Positions 58,624-64,000 of a stretch of 64,000 bases of DNA are shown piece by piece. The DNA is from Planctomycetota bacterium (GTDB taxonomy: Bacteria > Planctomycetota > PLA2 > JAEUHO01), in the NCBI GenBank assembly GCA_965222115.1, contig CBDCTJ010000005.1, positions 76,444 through 140,443 of the forward strand, in the 5' to 3' direction. The notes below the pieces were generated by a model. The model had not been told where the DNA came from, searched no databases, and was given only the letters and a program-made list of their open reading frames with translations. The stretch's first letter is position 1; each line of letters starts with the position of its first letter. A program made the translations under genes and the position numbers.

Positions 58624-59091
58624 ATGCAACGCGGCTCGAAACAGCAGCAGTTCAGGCCCAAGAAGCTCAAGAAACGGGACCTTGAATCCCCAATCATGCC
58701 GGATCAGCGCATGCTCCCGGCCGACATGCTTGAAGATATGCACCGCCGCAAGTTGGAACGCGAGGCGCGTCACGCTGTGTGGGGCGAACGGCAGAAGAGG
58801 CGAACGAAACACTACATTGCGGGCGCCATCATCGGCCTGTTGGTGGTCAACTACCTATTCACCTGGACGGGCCACGCATCGCTGTTGGTGCAGATTCCGG
58901 TATACGCGGTGTACGGCATCTATGTGGCGTTGATGCGTCCAAGTCCAGCGCACGCCGCGCTGGTCACCATTGCTTGTGGTCTCATTGCAAGTTGGCTGGG
59001 TGGCGTCCACCTGGGACCGTTCGCCCTGGCCATGAGCGCAATGTTCTGGGGACTCATCGGTTGTGCCGTCGGCGCAGCGGAAATGGAATAA
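58624..59091 (+). CDS. Hypothetical 4-TM membrane protein
   Basis: 155-aa ORF with a charged N-terminus and four hydrophobic segments, filling the alr-manC gap. Confidence 0.65.
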   Translation: MQRGSKQQQFRPKKLKKRDLESPIMPDQRMLPADMLEDMHRRKLEREARHAVWGERQKRRTKHYIAGAIIGLLVVNYLFTWTGHASLLVQIPVYAVYGIYVALMRPSPAHAALVTIACGLIASWLGGVHLGPFALAMSAMFWGLIGCAVGAAEME

Positions 59092-59152
59092 GGGCACGCC
59101 GCTTCGCGCCAGTTCATCGAAACGAGATGCTGCGCGTTATAGTCACCGACAG

Positions 59153-60244
59153 ATGGCGGCCACTCCCCCGACAATTGCGATTCTAGCCGGGGGCTCCGGG
59201 ACTCGATTTTGGCCTGCAGGGCGCGTCAGTCGTCCAAAGCAGGTACTTCCGCTCGACGGCGATGATCCGCGACCACTGTTGCAGGCCACGCTTGAACGCG
59301 TCAAGCCGCTAAGTAAGTCACCTGCGCTCATCGTCGCGCCAGCGTCGCTACGATCATTGCTACACAAGCTGCTGAAGGGTCACCCCAAAGATGCATTTCT
59401 TTGGGAACCTATGCCGAGGAATACGGCAGCAGCGGTTGCACTCACGGCGCGCTATGCAGAGGAAGTAGCGCCTAAGTCACCCGTGTTGCTTGTACCGGCC
59501 GATCATCACATCTCGCCGCTCTCGACCTATCGTGCCGCATTGCGCGCAATGATCTCGCGCGCACGCAGCGGAAAGTCCATTGTCACACTGGGCTTGAAAC
59601 CGGACCGCCCTGCAACAGGCTATGGCTATCTGAAACTTGGACCGCAAATTGACAAACGGGCCGCGGGCCCGATTCATCGCGTCGACGCCTATGTTGAGAA
59701 GCCCACCGCGCCGCGCGCACGTGCGATGCTCAAGGGGCGTAAACACTTGTGGAACGGCGGAACGTTCGCGTTTCGACCCGATGTTTTCTTGGATGAGACG
59801 GCGGCGCACTTGCCAAACGTAGCGGCGCCACTGGAAGAGGCATTTGCACACTTTGGAAAGCGCACGTTTACGTCAGCGCTCAAGAAGGCCTATAAGGCGA
59901 TGCCAAGTATTTCGGTGGACTATGGCGTCATGGAACGCGCGGCCGAAGTCGAAGTAGTTGCTGCTGATTTCGCATGGGACGACCTCGGAAGTTGGGACGC
60001 TGTAGCGCGTCATCGCAAACCTGATGAGGACGGCAACCTCATTCGCGGCGATGTGACGTCTGTAGACAGCAAGGACTGTGTTGTGGACGTAAGCGATGGC
60101 CACGTGGCCTTGTTGGGCGTCAAAGACCTCATTGTGGTGCGCACGAAGGATACGGTTTTGGTGGCCAAGCGTGGCGCGGGCGAATCGGTACGCGATGTGG
60201 TGGAACGCCTCAAGGCCACTGGTCGCGACGACCTCGTCCGTTGA
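59153..60244 (+). CDS. manC: Mannose-1-phosphate guanylyltransferase
   Basis: ILAGGSGTRFWP..R..RPKQ, EP..RNTA, PADH, TGYGY, VEKP, WNGG, ISVDYGVME, WDDLGSW. Confidence 0.93.
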   Translation: MAATPPTIAILAGGSGTRFWPAGRVSRPKQVLPLDGDDPRPLLQATLERVKPLSKSPALIVAPASLRSLLHKLLKGHPKDAFLWEPMPRNTAAAVALTARYAEEVAPKSPVLLVPADHHISPLSTYRAALRAMISRARSGKSIVTLGLKPDRPATGYGYLKLGPQIDKRAAGPIHRVDAYVEKPTAPRARAMLKGRKHLWNGGTFAFRPDVFLDETAAHLPNVAAPLEEAFAHFGKRTFTSALKKAYKAMPSISVDYGVMERAAEVEVVAADFAWDDLGSWDAVARHRKPDEDGNLIRGDVTSVDSKDCVVDVSDGHVALLGVKDLIVVRTKDTVLVAKRGAGESVRDVVERLKATGRDDLVR

Positions 60245-60265
60245 CGCCTCCCGTACAGTAGATCC

Positions 60266-60700
60266 ATGAAACGCGTCGCAGCCATCGACTACGGACGCCG
60301 CCGTATCGGCATCGCCGTTGCCGATCCACTAGGAATCATCGTGCGTGGCCACGAGACCATTACGCGCAGCGGGTCGATGGAGGTCGCCGCCAAGCACACG
60401 GCGGATTCACTCGCCGAGTTTGAACTCCGAACGGTCGTCGTCGGCCTCCCGCTTCACAGCAATGGCGACGAATCGGACATGAGTCGCGAGGTGCGTGCGT
60501 TTGTTGCCTTGTTGAGACCGTTGTTGAGTGACATTGATGTCGTACTTCAAGACGAAAGTCTTACTTCGTGGAGCGCAGAAGAGTCGTTGAAGGCGCGCGG
60601 CGTTTCGCTCAAGGAGGCGCGACTCAAGGGGCTGATTGATCAAGAATCGGCGGTGTGCATTTTGCGAGAGTGGTTGCGGCGGCAAGGTGCTACAGAATAA
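60266..60700 (+). CDS. ruvX: Holliday junction resolvase-like / pre-16S rRNA nuclease RuvX (YqgF)
   Basis: AIDYGRRRIGIAVAD, VVGLP, QDE.LTS, ID..SA..IL. Confidence 0.92.
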   Translation: MKRVAAIDYGRRRIGIAVADPLGIIVRGHETITRSGSMEVAAKHTADSLAEFELRTVVVGLPLHSNGDESDMSREVRAFVALLRPLLSDIDVVLQDESLTSWSAEESLKARGVSLKEARLKGLIDQESAVCILREWLRRQGATE

Positions 60701-60704
60701 CGAA

Positions 60705-60780
60705 GCGCTCCCTTTACTGAAGCTGAATCTTAATCTGCTTCCTGACCCCGTCCTCCGTTTGTACATGTTTCGATCAACCG
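60705..60780 (+). repeat. Direct repeat, copy 1 (upstream of ECF fusion gene)
   Basis: 68/76 identical to 63921-63996. Core GAAGCTGAATCTTAATCTG(C/T)TTCCTGACCCCGTCCT.. (62 bp, 4 mismatches). Confidence 0.9.
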
Positions 60781-60850
60781 CGTCGATTCGATGAGTATTG
60801 AGAACTGGATCAGGAATTGGAGCGGTTTGCTTGCATGTGGACGCGGTTCA

Positions 60851-61080
60851 TTTCGCGCAGAGACGCAAGGAACGCGGCGGCGCAGAGGGCGAACTGTGGG
60901 TGCGCGGAACTGGTTGCAAGTGGCTCATACCCCGGGATTGTTACGCAAAGAAATTGGATAAAGAGAGGCGCAAGCGTCGCGGGGCGCGAATCTCGGTTGT
61001 GTGGAGTAGGTTGCAAGCAGAACGCCACTCCAATACGAATCTCCTCTGCGTCCCAGCGCACGCTTCGCCTCTGCGTGAAA
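60851..61080. repeat. Degenerate inverted pair of CGCAGAG-type repeats (60851-60888 / 61043-61080)
   Basis: TTTCGCGCAGAGACG..CGCAGAGG versus the reverse complement TTTCACGCAGAGGCG..CGCAGAGG, about 28/38 identical. Same motif family as the Rhs-island repeats. Confidence 0.6.
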
Positions 61081-61156
61081 CTTGCGACGCACGACAAGAG
61101 CCAAAAAACAGGATTCTCTGCAACACCGCGACCACTCACGGCAATAGTGGGTAACG

Positions 61157-63769
61157 ATGAAGCCGTCCCTCGAGTCACTCTTTGATCGGTACCGACGCAA
61201 GGGTGACATTGCTGCACTCGGAAAGATCTTTGACCGCACGTCAAGCGACTTGCTTCGTGTAGCGCTGCATGTGGCCTCCCATGCGGCCGAAGCAGAAGAT
61301 CTCGTGCAGGAGACGTACCTCACCGCCATTGCGAAGGCCGAGTCGTTTGACGATAACCGTCCGCTTACGCCGTGGTTGTTGGGCATCTTGCGCAACCACG
61401 CACGGCGCGCGAAGCGCAAGCGAAGCCCTCTTATTCTGGATAGGGCGGATGGCACCAGCGAAACGCGCTCCGAGACGCAGTCCATTTCCCTGAGTTGGAA
61501 CGACAGAGTGTCCAAAGCGGTTTCGACGCTTCCCAATCCGTATCGACAAGTCTTGGTGCTCCGGGTCTGTCACGACAAGAGCCCAGCCGAGATCGCCGTG
61601 CTCCTCGATCGAACGCCCGCCACCGTTCGGAGTCAGATCTCTCGCGGTCTTGAGCGTCTGCGCAAACTGCTGCCAAACGAACGCGGAATCAGCGGTTTGG
61701 TTTTGGTCCCAACCGCGCTCGGCCTCTCAAACGTTCGGAATTCCGTACTGGCCAAAGCCACGTTGGCGTCCCAAATGACGTCGGTCGGTGTCGCCGCTTC
61801 ATCCATCGCTATCGGAGGACTCATTGTGTCAAAGTCAACTTTAGTTGTCGCGGCGTTGGTCGTCGCTGCACTTGGCGCGGGAACGTACCTGATAACGCGA
61901 CCGTCAATAGACAGCGACAATGGTTCGGTGGCGACGGTCGAAAACAACGCGTTGAATTCGCCTACAGAAAACGTCGAATCGCCAACGTTGGTTGGCGCTA
62001 CTCCTTCGCGTGAAGGGGAGGTGAACGCGGAGTCCACCGAACCGGTAGCCAGCAAAGAGAAGACCGGTGCGGATCCGTGGCCGCCGAAGCGCCCAATTCC
62101 AACCGACAAAGGAAGCGTAGCGGGAACCATTCTATTTGAGGACGGCACGCCGTTGGTTGGGGCACGTATTGCGCTTTGGGGACAAACGGAAGAGGTGTGC
62201 GTCACGGACGAGCGCGGTCGGTATCACCTTCACGCCGAACGGGTTGGCGAACGATCGCCCGTACTTCGCCTTGAACCAGGCAAATCCCATGTAAGGAACA
62301 CGCTCGTTTTATCTGAGAAGGTAGAGATGAGAGCTGGGGTCCTCGTTTTACACGATTTCAAGATTCAACGTGGACTCACCCTGAGTGCGACGGTCGTGGA
62401 CGCAGAAACACAAGAGCCACTTGAAAATTCACGAATCGCTGTGAGAAGAGTACCCTATGGCCCAGGACAAGCGGAAGCCGCGTTCACATCTACAAACTCA
62501 AACGGGCACTTCGAGATCCCCTATTTGCCACGTGCCAAGTACGCAATTGAGATTGAACATGATGGCCGTGAAACACTGTTCGACGAAATCGATAGTTCCA
62601 AGACAGATTTTCCAAGCGCATTCTCGCTTCGTCGCGCGAATGGACTCACAATTCAGTTCGAGAATTTACCAGTAGCAGCATGGGGGCAACCGCTTTCATT
62701 CAGTTTCGCAAAGTTCGGTCCTCCCTCAGTGAACGGACAACCCCGATTTACCAGCAAGAAAGGAGTTGTTGGAGACGACGGTAGGCTCGTAATCGACTCG
62801 CCGCCGCCCGGAACTTATCAAGTCTCGGTGTATGGACACAAGGTTCTTGCACGAGCCACTCGAAGGATAACCATTCTCCCCAAGAAACCAACGACCGTCA
62901 AGTGGAGTCTCCCGCCGACGTCGGTCGTCTCTGGCGTGCTCCGAAATCATAAAGGGAAATCGCTCGCTGGTTATCGAGTGCGAGTGAAGGGAACCAGAGA
63001 GAATGATTTTTCTGATAAGGACGGCGATTTCACGCTCTCGGGTGTTAAGCACGGAACACATGGCCTCGAGGTTTACGCAGGGACTGCATGGGTTCGAGTT
63101 GCGATGATTAGCGTAGGAAAGTCTGACAGCACGAACTTGGATGTGCGCGTGAGCGGCAACTCGACACTCAAAGGTCGATGGTTGATTGGAGATCAACCCG
63201 TTTCAACGCACAATGGCACGGGCTTTCTAACCCGAAAGGGTGATACAGCGCTGACGGCCACCGTGCTTACGGACGTGAACGGCGAAATACGTATTGACCT
63301 GCTTGAAGAGGGCGATTACCAGCTCGCGTTGCGGGCGGGACCTGCAGTGCCAAAGACCGTGGATGTTCACGTGCCCGCAGATGGTGAGGTGTCAATCGGC
63401 GACGTAGTATCAACAAGGCTCATGCGTGTTCCCGTTTCCCTACTTGGCATCGACTTCAAGAGTCTCGACGGCGGCATAAACGGGTTTGCGTTTTCGCCCT
63501 CCTATCGTCGTGTGCGGTCACCTTCGAAGCATCCTGCATCCCTATCCGCGACGGATCTAGCAGCCATGAACAAAGGAGAAATGATCCGAATTCGAGTCGT
63601 TCAAGACGCCAGAGGCCAAACATTGCTAGAGGGCGTCCCGCCCGGCCAACGACGACTAGAACTTTATGACGTACGACGCGTTTACCGGGCGGAGATCGAT
63701 GTGGACGTCACCGATGGTATGACCGAGCCGATTGAAATCCTGTTTGCCAAGACGTCGGATGGGGAATAG
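61157..63769 (+). CDS. ECF sigma-70 factor fused to TM and carboxypeptidase-regulatory-like domains
   Basis: AEDLVQETYL..PWLLGILRN (region 2); LPNPYRQVLVLR..SPAEIA..TVRSQISRGLERLR (region 4); TM VVAALVVAALGAGTYLI; then GTILFEDGTPLVGA..TDERGRY repeats. Confidence 0.9.
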   Translation: MKPSLESLFDRYRRKGDIAALGKIFDRTSSDLLRVALHVASHAAEAEDLVQETYLTAIAKAESFDDNRPLTPWLLGILRNHARRAKRKRSPLILDRADGTSETRSETQSISLSWNDRVSKAVSTLPNPYRQVLVLRVCHDKSPAEIAVLLDRTPATVRSQISRGLERLRKLLPNERGISGLVLVPTALGLSNVRNSVLAKATLASQMTSVGVAASSIAIGGLIVSKSTLVVAALVVAALGAGTYLITRPSIDSDNGSVATVENNALNSPTENVESPTLVGATPSREGEVNAESTEPVASKEKTGADPWPPKRPIPTDKGSVAGTILFEDGTPLVGARIALWGQTEEVCVTDERGRYHLHAERVGERSPVLRLEPGKSHVRNTLVLSEKVEMRAGVLVLHDFKIQRGLTLSATVVDAETQEPLENSRIAVRRVPYGPGQAEAAFTSTNSNGHFEIPYLPRAKYAIEIEHDGRETLFDEIDSSKTDFPSAFSLRRANGLTIQFENLPVAAWGQPLSFSFAKFGPPSVNGQPRFTSKKGVVGDDGRLVIDSPPPGTYQVSVYGHKVLARATRRITILPKKPTTVKWSLPPTSVVSGVLRNHKGKSLAGYRVRVKGTRENDFSDKDGDFTLSGVKHGTHGLEVYAGTAWVRVAMISVGKSDSTNLDVRVSGNSTLKGRWLIGDQPVSTHNGTGFLTRKGDTALTATVLTDVNGEIRIDLLEEGDYQLALRAGPAVPKTVDVHVPADGEVSIGDVVSTRLMRVPVSLLGIDFKSLDGGINGFAFSPSYRRVRSPSKHPASLSATDLAAMNKGEMIRIRVVQDARGQTLLEGVPPGQRRLELYDVRRVYRAEIDVDVTDGMTEPIEILFAKTSDGE

Positions 63770-63803
63770 GCGGAGGGCGTCGCGAGAGGTTCCTACCCCG
63801 CTT

Positions 63804-63829
63804 CTGAATCTTAATCTTTCTCCTGACCC
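63804..63829 (+). repeat. Partial third copy of the direct-repeat core
   Basis: CTGAATCTTAATCTTTCTCCTGACCC. Confidence 0.75.
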
Positions 63830-63920
63830 TGCTCCTCTTGTTGTTTCTGCCCCTGTGATTTCGGAACTAGGTCACGGTGAGGTCAAAGATCCAGTTTCAG
63901 TTGATCGTGCGACTGCAAGC

Positions 63921-63996
63921 GCGCTCACTTCGCCGAAGCTGAATCTTAATCTGTTTCCTGACCCCGTCCTTCGTTCGTACATGTTTCAATCAACCG
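63921..63996 (+). repeat. Direct repeat, copy 2 (downstream of ECF fusion gene)
   Basis: Matches 60705-60780 at an offset of 3216 bp. Confidence 0.9.
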
Positions 63997-64000
63997 TATG

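Noticed and set aside
60705-63996. IS element or CRISPR explanation for the direct repeats
   Set aside because: No transposase; the repeats are long, direct and 3.2 kb apart.

Overview
GC-rich bacterial chromosomal window, almost entirely + strand. The gene content points to Planctomycetota (inference): prenyltransferase/squalene-oxidase-repeat proteins, DUF4175-like coiled-coil proteins, ECF sigma fused to carboxypeptidase-regulatory-like domains, and recO-bamD-lptE. 1-11.2 kb: an accessory island bracketed by a 33-bp inverted repeat (32/33 identical), carrying a HEAT-repeat protein, a signal-peptide-bearing Rhs toxin with a barnase/RNase Sa-like tip, an SMI1/KNR4-type immunity gene and a GspC-like PDZ protein. 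11-33 kb: an envelope cluster with two prenyltransferase-repeat proteins, a CPBP protease/GYF_2 operon divergent from an ECF sigma/FecR pair, giant coiled-coil proteins and two carboxypeptidase-regulatory-like paralogs. It includes a secreted protein split by an in-frame TGA that reads U-N-S-C and is followed by a SECIS-like hairpin (candidate new selenoprotein). 33-60.7 kb: an M1/M28 peptidase and housekeeping genes (ispG, desaturase, moaD/E, ppsR, ABC transporter, ispD, ruvC, CBS/hemolysin, recO, bamD, lptE, ftsH, folP, cdaA, cdaR-like, inverted glmM, tsaB, alr, manC, ruvX). 60.7-64 kb: a membrane-tethered ECF sigma fusion between ~76-bp direct repeats, with a possible internal start. All calls come from reading motifs by eye; no searches were run.
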